A stretch of 64,000 bases of DNA from Candidatus Saccharimonadota bacterium (GCA_016187125.1 JACPKF010000001.1:169653-233652), one strand, 5' to 3'; shown: positions 27,844 to 38,188, numbered from the stretch's first letter. The notes: generated by a model from the letters alone, not told the origin. Made by a program: numbers and translations.

Positions 27844-29630
27844 TCAATATTGCCAAGTTAAGAGATAAACACGCCATCGTTAGTTTGGGCAATTACCAGC
27901 CGGTGCTGCAATCAATCCTTGATTTTGACTATATGATTGGCCGGAAGAGGTCAAGTTTAGTGGCCATCGTGACAGCTGGAATCCACAACCAAAAACTGTT
28001 CTTCGGCACTCGAGAGATACTTATTCCTTGTGCCCAGGATATCAAGGAACTGAAAGACCTAGAGATTCCCCCGCCCGATTTATTTTTGAATCTTAATTCC
28101 GGACGGCGAGCTAAAGACAGCACCAAAGAGTTTATCGAAGCTTTCCCTAAAGTTTTAGGCGGGCACATCTTTGCCGAGAATGTGCCGGAACAACACGCTA
28201 TTTATCTATACCAAAAATTTCATGACAAACACTTTATAGCCGGACCTTCCGGCGTTGGCCTAATGCTGCCGGGACATCTCAAACTCGGGGCGGTTGGCGG
28301 TACCGATTGGCGGCAGCTTGTTGCCTCTAAGCTATATGCATCCGGCTCTGTGGCCGTGCTTTCCGCTTCCGGGGGCATGATTAACGAACTCATTAGAATG
28401 GTCGCTAACGGCGGTAACGGCTGTTCTTTCGCGCTAACACTAGGCGGTGACCGATTCCCAATCACGTCGCCTGGCGAAGCCCTGCTGGCCGCGGAGGCCG
28501 ATCCTCAAACTAAAGTTATTCTTTATTACGGTGAGCTTGGCGGTTATGACGAATACGACATAATTGAGCTAGTTAAAGCCGGGCGGGTCAAAAAACCAAT
28601 CATCGCTTATATTGCCGGCAATGTCGGTGAAGCTTTTGCTCGTCCGGTGCAATTTGGCCATGCTAAAGCCCTGGCGGCCAGACCACCAGAGTCTGCCAGC
28701 GCTAAACGTCGTGCCCTAAAAAAAGCTGGCGTAAAAGTAGCTGACTCGATTGCTAGTCTAGCCGACTTTGTTGAAGCTTTAAGGGGTGATATACTGCCTA
28801 AAATGCCCCAGCGGGATCCCCAGCAACTCTCATCGCGTCAACCTGGTTTAATAACCACGACAATTTCTGACGAGAAAGAAGTATATGAGTTTGTCGGCAA
28901 ATCGTTGGAAGACTGGGAAAAGAACCATAGTTTAGTAGAAATGATTGTTGCCGGACTGCTAGGCCGACCGGCCCACTCTAAGTTGCTTGTCCAGTGCAGT
29001 GAATCGATTTTTAAACTAGCCCTAGACCACGGCCCGAATGTTTCCGGCGCCGTCAACACCATCGTAACCGCCCGGGCTGGACGGGATATGGTTTCCAGCT
29101 TAAGTGCCGGCCTGCTGACCATTGGCCCGCGCTATGGCGGCGCCGGCAACGATGCGGCTCGGATTTGGTTTGACGCCGTTCAAAGCGGCATGGACGCCAA
29201 AGAATTAGTTGAATCATATGCTAAAAATAAGCGTTATATCCTTGGTATTGGCCACAAAAAATACAATTTGTCTCAACCCGACCCCAGAGTTACTCGACTA
29301 CTGGAATTCGTAAAAGATCTGCCAGAACGCCCCTACACCGATTTTGCCAAGGCCGTAGTAGCTATTACCAGTTCTAAAAAAAGTAATTTAATCCTTAACT
29401 TTGACGGTGCATTCGCGGCTGTACTGCTAGATATTTTGCAGCAATCCGAAAAGCTCAAGCCGCGGGAGATTGCCCAACTGATTGATAGCGAGTTTTTTAA
29501 CGCTTATTTTGTGATTCCGCGGGCTGTCGGCTTTATCAGCCACTTCTTGGATCAAAAGCGTTTAGACGAAGGATTGTTCCGCCTGCCAGACAGTCAAGTG
29601 ACCGTCATCCCGACCCAAAAAACAGACTAA
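27840..29630 (+). CDS. aclA: ATP-citrate lyase alpha subunit (CoA-binding, phosphohistidine and citryl-CoA lyase/citrate-synthase-like domains)
   Basis: Collinear with the ACLY middle and C-terminal parts: ILDFDY, REILIP, ASKLYASGSVA..SASGGMINEL, GGDRFP, QFGHAKA, AKRRALKKAGV; C-terminal GIGHKKYN resembles the citrate synthase GxGHxxY signature. Confidence 0.85.
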   Translation: MINIAKLRDKHAIVSLGNYQPVLQSILDFDYMIGRKRSSLVAIVTAGIHNQKLFFGTREILIPCAQDIKELKDLEIPPPDLFLNLNSGRRAKDSTKEFIEAFPKVLGGHIFAENVPEQHAIYLYQKFHDKHFIAGPSGVGLMLPGHLKLGAVGGTDWRQLVASKLYASGSVAVLSASGGMINELIRMVANGGNGCSFALTLGGDRFPITSPGEALLAAEADPQTKVILYYGELGGYDEYDIIELVKAGRVKKPIIAYIAGNVGEAFARPVQFGHAKALAARPPESASAKRRALKKAGVKVADSIASLADFVEALRGDILPKMPQRDPQQLSSRQPGLITTTISDEKEVYEFVGKSLEDWEKNHSLVEMIVAGLLGRPAHSKLLVQCSESIFKLALDHGPNVSGAVNTIVTARAGRDMVSSLSAGLLTIGPRYGGAGNDAARIWFDAVQSGMDAKELVESYAKNKRYILGIGHKKYNLSQPDPRVTRLLEFVKDLPERPYTDFAKAVVAITSSKKSNLILNFDGAFAAVLLDILQQSEKLKPREIAQLIDSEFFNAYFVIPRAVGFISHFLDQKRLDEGLFRLPDSQVTVIPTQKTD

Positions 29631-29695
29631 GATTAATTACCACAGTTTACTCAAGTAGCCTGTCAGCTATAATTAAGGTAGAATTTTGGAGACAG

Positions 29696-30841
29696 ATGCT
29701 TAGTCAACGACTCGCTAATTTGGAGGAAAGTGCTACTTTGGCCCTGAATGCCAAAGTCAAAGCCCTGCAGGCTAGTGGCCAGACAGTCTATAACCTGACA
29801 GCCGGCGAACCCGATTGTGATACGCCCGCTTATATTCAAAAGAGCGTGGCAAAAGCCCTAGATCAGAACAAATATACCCCTACGGCTGGACTGCCGGCAC
29901 TCAGATATGCCATAGCCAACTCAGCCCGTGGTTTTTACACAGCCAAATGGATAACGGAAGATAACATCGTCGTAACAGCCGGAGCCAAACCGGCGCTTTT
30001 TGCTATCTTCCAAGTCCTGCTTGATCCCGGGGATGAGGTAATCATTCCATCTCCGTCCTGGGTAAGTTACAAACGTCAGGTGGAACTGGCCGGTGGCGCA
30101 GTCGTGGAAGTTCCCTTGCGCAAAAATTTTGATTTGGATGCTAAGGCCATAGCTAAAAAAATTAGTCCTAGAACAAAAATAGTTTTAATTAATTCACCGC
30201 ACAACCCGACCGGTTTGGTTTTTTCGGCGCGCGAGATAGCCAAACTAGCTCGAGTAGTCAAAGATAAGCCAATATTTGTCTTATCCGATGATATTTATGC
30301 CCGCCTAGTTTACGGCGATGATTATTCGCCGATTACGACTCAGCCATTTAATAAAGATCGGCTAGTTATTATTAACGGTTTTTCCAAAAGCCAGGCCTTG
30401 ACCGGCTGGCGTATAGGTTACTTGATTGCGCCACCGGCGGTGGCGACAGCTGTCGCACAGTTACTCAGCCACACTTTTGGCAACGCTCCCCTCCCCAGCC
30501 AAAATGCCGCTTTGAGTGCTCTCGCCGGCGGCGACCAGCCGCCGATGCTAAAGGATTTAACACGTTGACGGAAGCTAGTATCAAAAGCCTTAGCCAAAAT
30601 TCCTAAAATAAAGTTTAGCCAACCGGGCGGTGCTTTTTACTTTTTTATTGATATTCGCCAGCTAACACACGACAGCCAAACTTGGTGCGAACAGTTATTA
30701 AAAGAGGGGCAGGTCGCTCTTGTGCCGGGGGAGGCTTTTGGAGCTCCTGGTTTTGTACGACTGAGCTTCGCAGCCAGCGACAAGACTTTAGTTGATGGAA
30801 TTAAAAATTTGCGGGAGTTTGTTATGAAGGAAGCCTCTTGA
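29696..30841 (+). pseudogene. Aspartate/aromatic aminotransferase (class I) interrupted by an in-frame TGA at 30566-30568; otherwise intact
   Basis: PLP aminotransferase motifs (NSPHNPTG, SKSQALTGWRIGY); reading continues in the same frame after the TGA for 90 more conserved residues to TGA 30839-30841. Confidence 0.7.
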
Positions 30842-32346
30842 GACAAATTCCGGCTACAATGGCCACCCAACATCCTGATAACGCCAACGCGCCCAAGTGG
30901 AAGTCCGATGGCCAGCCCTTTATTGGCTTGTATGACGAGCTCTATGAGGCTTTAGAGTCCTTTATTAACCTTGACATACCTGAATTCATGTGGGACTGGG
31001 AGGGCAAACATGCCGACAGCGCTGTGGTCGATAAATTACTCAGCAACTACCATAGCTATTTTGCCAAACATAAACTTGGCAAAGACCGATATTTAACATT
31101 TCGCATTCCTAATATCTGGCAAGAAAAGGGCTATAGTCTCTTGCAGGCTATGACCGTCATTTTAACCAGCGAGGATTATGCACGCGACCTCAAATTCGGC
31201 CAGCGTCCACTTTTTGAAGTCATCCTGCCTATGACAAGCTCAGCCAAACAGCTCATGCATATGCATGAGCTGTTTGGCCAACTGGCTAATTTTAAGTCTG
31301 AAGTCTTTAACGGCAGCCATAAAAATAATGACCAGTTGGAGCTAATTCCTTTAGTAGAGAGTGTGGCCAGTCAGCAAACTATCGGTCAACTACTGAACGA
31401 GTATTTGAAACTTTACAAGTCAAAATTTGGCAAATCTCCAGCTTATATCAGGCCGTTTTTGGCTCGTTCCGACCCAGCCCTGGTTTCCGGTTTGATTGCT
31501 ACTGTACTGGCTAATAAAACCGGCCTTTCGCAGGTTTATGAATTTTCTAAGCGCTGGCATATCGCCGTTTATCCAATTGCCGGAGTCGGCAGCCTGCCTT
31601 TCCGCGGCGGGTTGTCGCCTTCAAGCGCCAGTTCATATGCCGCGCAGTACCCCGGGCTTAGAACGGTTACCATCCAGTCGTCTTTCCGCTACGATCATTC
31701 AACCGCTGAAGTTAAAAGAGCCATCAAGACTCTGGCTCAAGATCTGCCGAGATCTAAACCGCACATAATCACCGGAGCCGATCAGAAACTGCTAGACAGA
31801 ATCATTCATAAAGCTTCTGAGCTATATAGATCTACACTTAAAGATATTATAAAAGACATGGAGCCCCTGTTTGAAGCCGTCCCGAGGCGGCGTGAGCGCC
31901 GTCAGCATATCGGACTGCTTGCCTATAGCCGATCAGCAGGTCCCTTGCATTTACCGCGGGCTATAACCTTCACGGCTGCTTTTTATAGCCTTGGCGTTCC
32001 TCCGGAACTCATTGGCAGCGGTCGGTTGCTTGAGAGTCTTTCTGGTGCTCAGTTAGATCTTTTGTTAAGACACTATCCAACACTTCCTAGTGACCTCCAA
32101 AAAGCCGGACACTACTTCAGCCAGAACAACTTGGCAGTTTTAGCAAAACGTAATAAGTCATGGCAGCAGCTAAGCCAAGATGTTAAAGCCATTGAACGAA
32201 TTTTGGGCATCAGGCTTGGACCGCGCACCAACGATGAAATATCCCACGTTAATCTATCGGCCAATGTCTTCCCAACTAAGAAAAACCCCCGTAAATTGTC
32301 GGCTCTTATAGACGAATTGGCACAACTGCGCCGCAGTTTAGGCTAG
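30838..32346 (+). CDS. ppcA: Archaeal-type phosphoenolpyruvate carboxylase
   Basis: N-terminal IPATMATQHPDN matches the PepcA signature (PRxMSTQHPDN); about 500 aa; start is TTG 30838 or ATG 30859. Confidence 0.8.
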   Translation: MRQIPATMATQHPDNANAPKWKSDGQPFIGLYDELYEALESFINLDIPEFMWDWEGKHADSAVVDKLLSNYHSYFAKHKLGKDRYLTFRIPNIWQEKGYSLLQAMTVILTSEDYARDLKFGQRPLFEVILPMTSSAKQLMHMHELFGQLANFKSEVFNGSHKNNDQLELIPLVESVASQQTIGQLLNEYLKLYKSKFGKSPAYIRPFLARSDPALVSGLIATVLANKTGLSQVYEFSKRWHIAVYPIAGVGSLPFRGGLSPSSASSYAAQYPGLRTVTIQSSFRYDHSTAEVKRAIKTLAQDLPRSKPHIITGADQKLLDRIIHKASELYRSTLKDIIKDMEPLFEAVPRRRERRQHIGLLAYSRSAGPLHLPRAITFTAAFYSLGVPPELIGSGRLLESLSGAQLDLLLRHYPTLPSDLQKAGHYFSQNNLAVLAKRNKSWQQLSQDVKAIERILGIRLGPRTNDEISHVNLSANVFPTKKNPRKLSALIDELAQLRRSLG

Positions 32347-32373
32347 TTTTATCTTTAATTGGCTCCTGACTAT

Positions 32374-33456
32374 CTAGCGTTGGATATAGTCCTTAGCCAC
32401 TAGTAGTTCGGCCATTAAGATAGCACCCCCGGCGGCTCCGCGAATAGTATTGTGCGACAAGGTCACGAACTGCCAGTCAAAATATTTATCTTCCCGGAGT
32501 CTTCCCATAGTAATCGCCATACCGTTTTCTAGATCTCGATCTAGAGCTGTTTGCGGCCGGTCCTCATCCGGCAAATAATGGATAAGCTGCTGGGGCGCTG
32601 ATGGTAGCTTGAGCGGCGCCAAAGGATTTTTAAAATTTTTAAGTCTACCAAGAATTTGCTGTTTGGTCGGGTTTTTCTTGAATTTAACAGCCACGCTGGC
32701 CAGGTGGCCATCGGTTACAGGTATCCGAACGCAGACTGCCGAAATAGATGGTATGTTGGCCAACTTAATTGTGCCGCCACTTAACTTGCCCCAGATTTTC
32801 ATGGGTTCTTTCTCCGACTTATCTTCTTCGCCGCCGATGAACGGAATAACGTTATCAATCATTTCCGGCCAAGTCTTAAAGTTTTTTCCGGCACCAGATA
32901 TGGCCTGCAAGCTAGTAGCAGCCACTCGAGTTGGTGAAAATTCTTTGAGCGCCGTTAAGATCGAAACATAAGATTGAATCGAACAGTTTGGCTTAACAGC
33001 AATTAAACCAGTTGTCCAGTTCCTACTTTTGCGCTGCATGTCAATCAGCTTGATGTGGCTGGGGTTTACTTCGGGCATAAGCATTGGCACATCCGGCGTC
33101 CAACGATGAGCTGAGTTGTTGGAAATGACGGCGATGCCAGCCCCGGCGTAGGCAATTTCAATTTTTTTTATGGCCTCCTTATCCATGTCCAGGGCACAGA
33201 AAATCACATCCACTTCTTTGGCAATTTGATCAAAATCAGCTTCTACGGCTCTAACTACCAGATTTTCAAGCTTTTTAGGTACAGGCTTGTTCATGGACCA
33301 ACGTCCAGCCACGGCTGCTTTATAAGACTTTCCGGCGGAGCGCGGTGAGGCCGCGACCGTCACTACTTCAAACCAAGGATGCTCGGCCAGTAAGCTAATG
33401 AAGCGCTGACCGACCATGCCGGTAGCTCCCAAAACGCCAGCTCTGAGTTTTTTCAC
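32374..33456 (-). CDS. asd: Aspartate-semialdehyde dehydrogenase
   Basis: 360 aa; N-terminal Rossmann GATGMVGQ and ASADH family pattern. Confidence 0.9.
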   Translation of the reverse strand: MKKLRAGVLGATGMVGQRFISLLAEHPWFEVVTVAASPRSAGKSYKAAVAGRWSMNKPVPKKLENLVVRAVEADFDQIAKEVDVIFCALDMDKEAIKKIEIAYAGAGIAVISNNSAHRWTPDVPMLMPEVNPSHIKLIDMQRKSRNWTTGLIAVKPNCSIQSYVSILTALKEFSPTRVAATSLQAISGAGKNFKTWPEMIDNVIPFIGGEEDKSEKEPMKIWGKLSGGTIKLANIPSISAVCVRIPVTDGHLASVAVKFKKNPTKQQILGRLKNFKNPLAPLKLPSAPQQLIHYLPDEDRPQTALDRDLENGMAITMGRLREDKYFDWQFVTLSHNTIRGAAGGAILMAELLVAKDYIQR

Positions 33457-34532
33457 GGCTGTTTCCCCTTAGCTACTGACTTAGTACTTAACGTAGCCTG
33501 CAGGACATCGCTAAACACCCCCCCGGCCGTAACCTCCACGCCGGCACCAGGGCCTTTAATAACCAGTGGATTTTTTAAATAACGCCTAGTTTTAAAAACA
33601 ATAATGTTATCTGGACCCTGCAAGCTGCCAATTTCCGAAATTTTTGGAACTGCCTCCAACCCGACACGACAACCGCCTTTGTCAATTGAAGCCACAAAGC
33701 GCAGAACCTTGCCACTTTTTTGAGCCGCTTTCATTTTGGCCTGGTAGGGTGTATCTAACTGCCTAAGCTGCTTTAAAAAATCATCACTCGATAACTTGTC
33801 CATGGATTTTGGGTAAAGTCTTTGCAATCTTACATCAGCTAGCTCTAGTTTGCGCCCCAGTAAACGGGCCAGAATCAGCACTTTTCTGGCAACGTCAATA
33901 CCGGAAAGGTCGTCACGGGGATCGGGTTCGGTAAAACCAAGCTTCTTAGCCTGCAATACGGCTCCAGAAAAAGGTCGGCCGTCTTCCAGTTGCCAAAATA
34001 TAAATCCCAGAGTCCCGCTAAAACAGCCCCGCAAGGCAATGACCTCATCACCGCTTGCCAGAAGCATTTTTAAAGTCTGAATTACCGGCAATCCCGCTCC
34101 TACGGTTGTTTCATAAAATAGTCGTTGACCGCCAAGACTGCGCAATTTGTCAAACTGAGCTTGGGAGCCTGAAATCGGTTTTTTGTTGGACAAAACAACT
34201 GACCCTCCCCTTTTTAGGGCTTGCTTCAGCAAGGGCAGCATATGTTCTGAGGCCGTGGTATCAATCAAAATAAAAGGCTGAGGTATAAGCTTAAGGCACC
34301 TCGGGATGTCGGCTTTGACTTCAGCAGCTGGAAAACTATCCAGTTGAGAGTTGGATAAGCCCTGGGCCTTAAAAATATCCGCCTCGGCTGTGAACAGACC
34401 GCAGTAAACAAGATCAACTCCGTAACTGGCTTTTATAAACTTCCGGCGTTGCCTAATTTGCCTGACCACGGCACTGCCGACGTTACCGACACCTACATGT
34501 AGTAAGTAGTATTTCTTTAGTGGAGTTTTCAT
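33453..34532 (-). CDS. hom: Homoserine dehydrogenase
   Basis: 359 aa; NAD-binding GVGNVG and HSDH catalytic domain. Confidence 0.85.
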   Translation of the reverse strand: MKTPLKKYYLLHVGVGNVGSAVVRQIRQRRKFIKASYGVDLVYCGLFTAEADIFKAQGLSNSQLDSFPAAEVKADIPRCLKLIPQPFILIDTTASEHMLPLLKQALKRGGSVVLSNKKPISGSQAQFDKLRSLGGQRLFYETTVGAGLPVIQTLKMLLASGDEVIALRGCFSGTLGFIFWQLEDGRPFSGAVLQAKKLGFTEPDPRDDLSGIDVARKVLILARLLGRKLELADVRLQRLYPKSMDKLSSDDFLKQLRQLDTPYQAKMKAAQKSGKVLRFVASIDKGGCRVGLEAVPKISEIGSLQGPDNIIVFKTRRYLKNPLVIKGPGAGVEVTAGGVFSDVLQATLSTKSVAKGKQP

Positions 34533-35932
34533 GGCTTGGCTAAATGAAATTCTTGATGAATGCTATTGACGGCTTTTTTGGTGTTGGCCTGCTTAATAAC
34601 CAGTGAGATATTGCGTTCTGAGGAGCCTTGGGCGATGGCTATGATGTTAACACCACTGTTGCCCAGCGCCGAGAATATTTTGCCGGCAATACCAGGATGA
34701 CCTCTCATGCCTTCGCCAACGACTGCTAAGATCGCCAATTTCTCTTCCAGTCTAACGGTTTCAATCAACTTTAACTTAACTTCCGGCTCAAAAGTCTCTT
34801 GCAAAATCCGGACGGCTCTTTGGCCGTCATCGGCCGCCACCACAAAGGAAATATTATACTCAGATGAAGCTTGTGATATAAATAGCACGTTAATATTTTG
34901 GGCAGCAATCGCGCCAAAAACTTTGGCCGCCACACCCGGAACTCCTATCATGCCTTTGCCCTGAACTGTGATCAGACTAAGATCGCCGATGGTGGCAATG
35001 GCTTTACCGCTATGAGAATTCCTGCTTATCTGCTCAGAGATTTTAGTGCCGGGTGCTTTAGGATTAAAGCTATTTTTTATTAGGATCGGTATTTGCTTAA
35101 GGGCCGCCGGAACCATAGTCAGCGGATGAAGAACTTTGGCCCCAAAATAAGAAAGCTCGGCCGCTTCGTTGTAAGATAGCCGCCTAAGGGTATGAGCCTG
35201 CTTAACGACTGCCGGGTCAGCTGTCATGACTCCGTCAACATCCGTCCAAATCCAGACCTCTTCAGCGCCTAAACAATAGCCTAAAATAGTCGCCGAATAA
35301 TCGGAGCCGCCGCGTCCTAAAGTTGTAATAATTCCATCACTGGTCGAGCCGATATAACCAGTTACAACCGGCGTCACGGATCTCTTAAGCAGTGGCATAA
35401 TAGCCTTTTTAGCTAGTTTTTCAGATTCTTCAAGCAATGGTCGGGCCGCGCCAAATTGGTCGGTAGTTCGAATAAAACTACTGGCCTCCAGAGCTTCAGC
35501 CTTTAGGCCGGCTTGCCTAATCGCCTCGGTCACCAGATGAATACTCAGACGCTCACCGTGACATAAAATCGCGTCTAAAGCTCTTGGACTAAGCTCGCCG
35601 ATTATGTAAACACTGCTTAAGAGTTGCTCTAACTCCTCAAATTTGACATTAATAACTTCAAGCAGGGCTTGCTCGTGAGGTTTGGTAAGTCCTAAGCCAG
35701 AAATTGCCTCCAGATGAAGTCGACGGAGTTGTTTCAGGTTTCGGTTCATTGAAGTACGTTTTTTCTTAGCAGCCGACTCGGCTGATGCCACAAGCAAATC
35801 GGTAACTTTGTTCATAGCCGATACTACAACCACTACCGGACGAGTTTTTTGCCATGAGGCAACGATCTTAGCTACCGCCTGAATTCGTTGAGCATTACCG
35901 ATTGATGTCCCACCGAATTTCATGACTATCAT
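34529..35932 (-). CDS. lysC: Aspartate kinase with C-terminal ACT domains
   Basis: KFGGTS N-terminus, amino-acid kinase fold, tandem ACT region. Confidence 0.95.
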   Translation of the reverse strand: MIVMKFGGTSIGNAQRIQAVAKIVASWQKTRPVVVVVSAMNKVTDLLVASAESAAKKKRTSMNRNLKQLRRLHLEAISGLGLTKPHEQALLEVINVKFEELEQLLSSVYIIGELSPRALDAILCHGERLSIHLVTEAIRQAGLKAEALEASSFIRTTDQFGAARPLLEESEKLAKKAIMPLLKRSVTPVVTGYIGSTSDGIITTLGRGGSDYSATILGYCLGAEEVWIWTDVDGVMTADPAVVKQAHTLRRLSYNEAAELSYFGAKVLHPLTMVPAALKQIPILIKNSFNPKAPGTKISEQISRNSHSGKAIATIGDLSLITVQGKGMIGVPGVAAKVFGAIAAQNINVLFISQASSEYNISFVVAADDGQRAVRILQETFEPEVKLKLIETVRLEEKLAILAVVGEGMRGHPGIAGKIFSALGNSGVNIIAIAQGSSERNISLVIKQANTKKAVNSIHQEFHLAKP

Positions 35933-36081
35933 AGCTATGTTCCGTTTAGCTTAAGCACTTCACCTCCAAATTTGCAAAGTCTAGCCAATTATAGCACCGG
36001 CTTTATACTTATTTACAGTCCAGAGGCCAAATTATACATAAAAAAGTCTCTTGGGTGTTCTTTGTTTTATTTGATAGTACT

Positions 36082-36753
36082 TTATAATAACTGCTCTATT
36101 AAAGCAAGAAAGTTATCTACAGCCATATTCTGGCTAATTTTTTGCCGAGGAATAATTACGTCTGCATAGCGCCGGTAGCGGCGACTACGTTGCTCGAGCA
36201 ATTTAGGATAGCAGCGCGCCAGCGTCTGCATGTCCGTCTCGCCTTCATTAGGCCTAAAAACATCCCCGAACACAACCGGCTTGGGTTTTCTCATATAGAG
36301 TTTGAACATCTGCTGCTTCATATCGCTGGTAGCCTCAATGTAAACCATTAAGGCAGATTGTCTTAGCCTTGAGCAGGTTTGATCATCAAGATGAGCAAAA
36401 CTACCGGTTGTGTCTATAACCGTATTGTCCAGGTCGGCATTTTTGATTGCAGCCAGGATTTTATGCAGACCCTTTTTTTCAGCCTCTAAATATTTTTGTT
36501 GATTGGCGGCAAATCTTTTATCGTAAGGCTGGCCCATCCAGCGCGATACGTCCTCAATGCCACTGTAGCCTAGTTTTTTTAGTTCACGGCCTAGTTGCTG
36601 CTCAATCAGATCATCACAGTTTAGATGTTTAAAACCTAGCGCGGCCAGTCGCCTTGACCAGTAGGTTTTACCAGTATTGGACATTCCGATAAAACACACC
36701 ACCAATTTATTTTCTTTCAGCAATTGCTGGAATTGTTTCCCTGTCGTCCTCAT
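36082..36753 (-). CDS. P-loop NMP-kinase-fold small-molecule kinase (shikimate/gluconate kinase-like), function unknown
   Basis: Walker A GMSNTGKT followed by a LAALGFKHLNCDDLIE segment typical of shikimate-kinase-like enzymes; divergent from thrC and heads the asd-hom-lysC strand. Confidence 0.55.
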   Translation of the reverse strand: MRTTGKQFQQLLKENKLVVCFIGMSNTGKTYWSRRLAALGFKHLNCDDLIEQQLGRELKKLGYSGIEDVSRWMGQPYDKRFAANQQKYLEAEKKGLHKILAAIKNADLDNTVIDTTGSFAHLDDQTCSRLRQSALMVYIEATSDMKQQMFKLYMRKPKPVVFGDVFRPNEGETDMQTLARCYPKLLEQRSRRYRRYADVIIPRQKISQNMAVDNFLALIEQLL

Positions 36754-36847
36754 ATATTTGTAGCTAATATACACTTTTTCTGGTAAGTGAGAAACAGATA
36801 GATCAAGTTATCTAGCTTCACGGGCCTGCCGGGATTATAATTGACGG

Positions 36848-38188
36848 ATGGCTAAAATCCATTTTTGGCATGAATGTATCAGCTGCAGTGCTAAGCAAGC
36901 AGCCGATAAATTTTATTACACTTGCCCGGATTGCGGAGGATTGCTTCTTGTCAAACGCAATGAAAACTATCTCAAAAAATTGATTGGCACCGGCAAAAAA
37001 GCTCGAGACCATTTTGATCAACTAAGATACGGCGTCGAGCGAAAAATCTACCCTAATGATTCTGGTGTCTGGCTTTGGCGAGATTTCTTGCTGCCGGGTT
37101 TTCCAAAGAAGCAGATAATTTCATTAAAAGAGGGTCAAACAGACTTATTTGAAACTCCGCGCTGGCTTAAAAAAGAATTTGGACTTAAAGATCTCTTCAT
37201 CAAGCTAGAGGGCCAAGCTCCATCGGAAAGTTTTAAAGACCGCGGCATGACAGTTGCCATATCCGATGTTCTGCGACTCAAACAGCAAAATCCAAAGTTA
37301 GGCATCATAGGAGTTTCCTGCGCCTCAACCGGCGATACATCAGCTTCGGCAGCTGTCTATTCGGCCTATGTCCGCGATCAGCTAAGTTGCCTGGTGCTGG
37401 TTCCGGCGCAAAAAATTGCCGATTCTCAACTATTTCAGGTAATGGCTCACGGAGCGAAAGTGAGAGCTATCGAACACCCCGATGGCTTTGACGCCTGCAT
37501 GAAAATTGTTCAGCAGTTCAGCGCCAAACACCCGGAACTAATACTAGTCAATAGCAAAAATGATATGCGCCTAGTCGGGCAAGAAGCCATCGGGCTGGAG
37601 ATCCTGCAAGATCTGTCTTGGCAAGCGCCCGATTGGATTGCTATTCCGGTTGGCAATGGGGGTAATCTTGCGGCTCTGCTAAGCAGTCTAAGCAGGGCGA
37701 AAGAGTTTGGGCTTATTAATAAGCTGCCGGGCATTATTGTCGGACAGACAGCGGCTGCCGATACTCTCGTTCGCTGGAGCGAGACTGGATATAAGTCTTA
37801 CCGCCCTGGCAAATTTAAGGCTACCGTGGCCAGCGCCATGAACATCAATGACCCGGTGAGCTTTCCCAGAATAAAATACTTTATGGATCAGTTTAATATC
37901 CATTTTTACCGCGTCAGCGAGCCTCAAATCTTAAAAAGGTGGGCCCAGTTTACTGGGGCTGGAGCCAATATTTGCCCGCAAAGTGCTGTGGCCCTTGACG
38001 CCGTCGTCCAAGCCCGAACAAAAAACATCATCAAAGCCCAAGATACCGTAGTCAGCGTATCCACAGCTTCGGCGGTTAAATTCGCTGAAACTGGCGTTGG
38101 TTATCATAAAACCGCCAGTGTTAAAGATTTTGCCAATCCTTATGTAAAAGTTAAAGGCACTTTAGAAGACTTAGAAAAATCCCTTTAA
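36848..38188 (+). CDS. thrC: Threonine synthase (long form with N-terminal Cys4 zinc ribbon)
   Basis: PLP motif SFKDRGM; CxxC...CxxC N-terminus. Confidence 0.9.
   Translation: MAKIHFWHECISCSAKQAADKFYYTCPDCGGLLLVKRNENYLKKLIGTGKKARDHFDQLRYGVERKIYPNDSGVWLWRDFLLPGFPKKQIISLKEGQTDLFETPRWLKKEFGLKDLFIKLEGQAPSESFKDRGMTVAISDVLRLKQQNPKLGIIGVSCASTGDTSASAAVYSAYVRDQLSCLVLVPAQKIADSQLFQVMAHGAKVRAIEHPDGFDACMKIVQQFSAKHPELILVNSKNDMRLVGQEAIGLEILQDLSWQAPDWIAIPVGNGGNLAALLSSLSRAKEFGLINKLPGIIVGQTAAADTLVRWSETGYKSYRPGKFKATVASAMNINDPVSFPRIKYFMDQFNIHFYRVSEPQILKRWAQFTGAGANICPQSAVALDAVVQARTKNIIKAQDTVVSVSTASAVKFAETGVGYHKTASVKDFANPYVKVKGTLEDLEKSL

Noticed and set aside
30566-30568. Genome-wide TGA recoding (code 4 or 25) as the explanation for the in-frame TGA in the aminotransferase
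   Set aside because: TGA is used as a true terminator for purC (10429-10431) and prs (24225-24227), immediately before downstream genes or RBSs. The standard code therefore applies.
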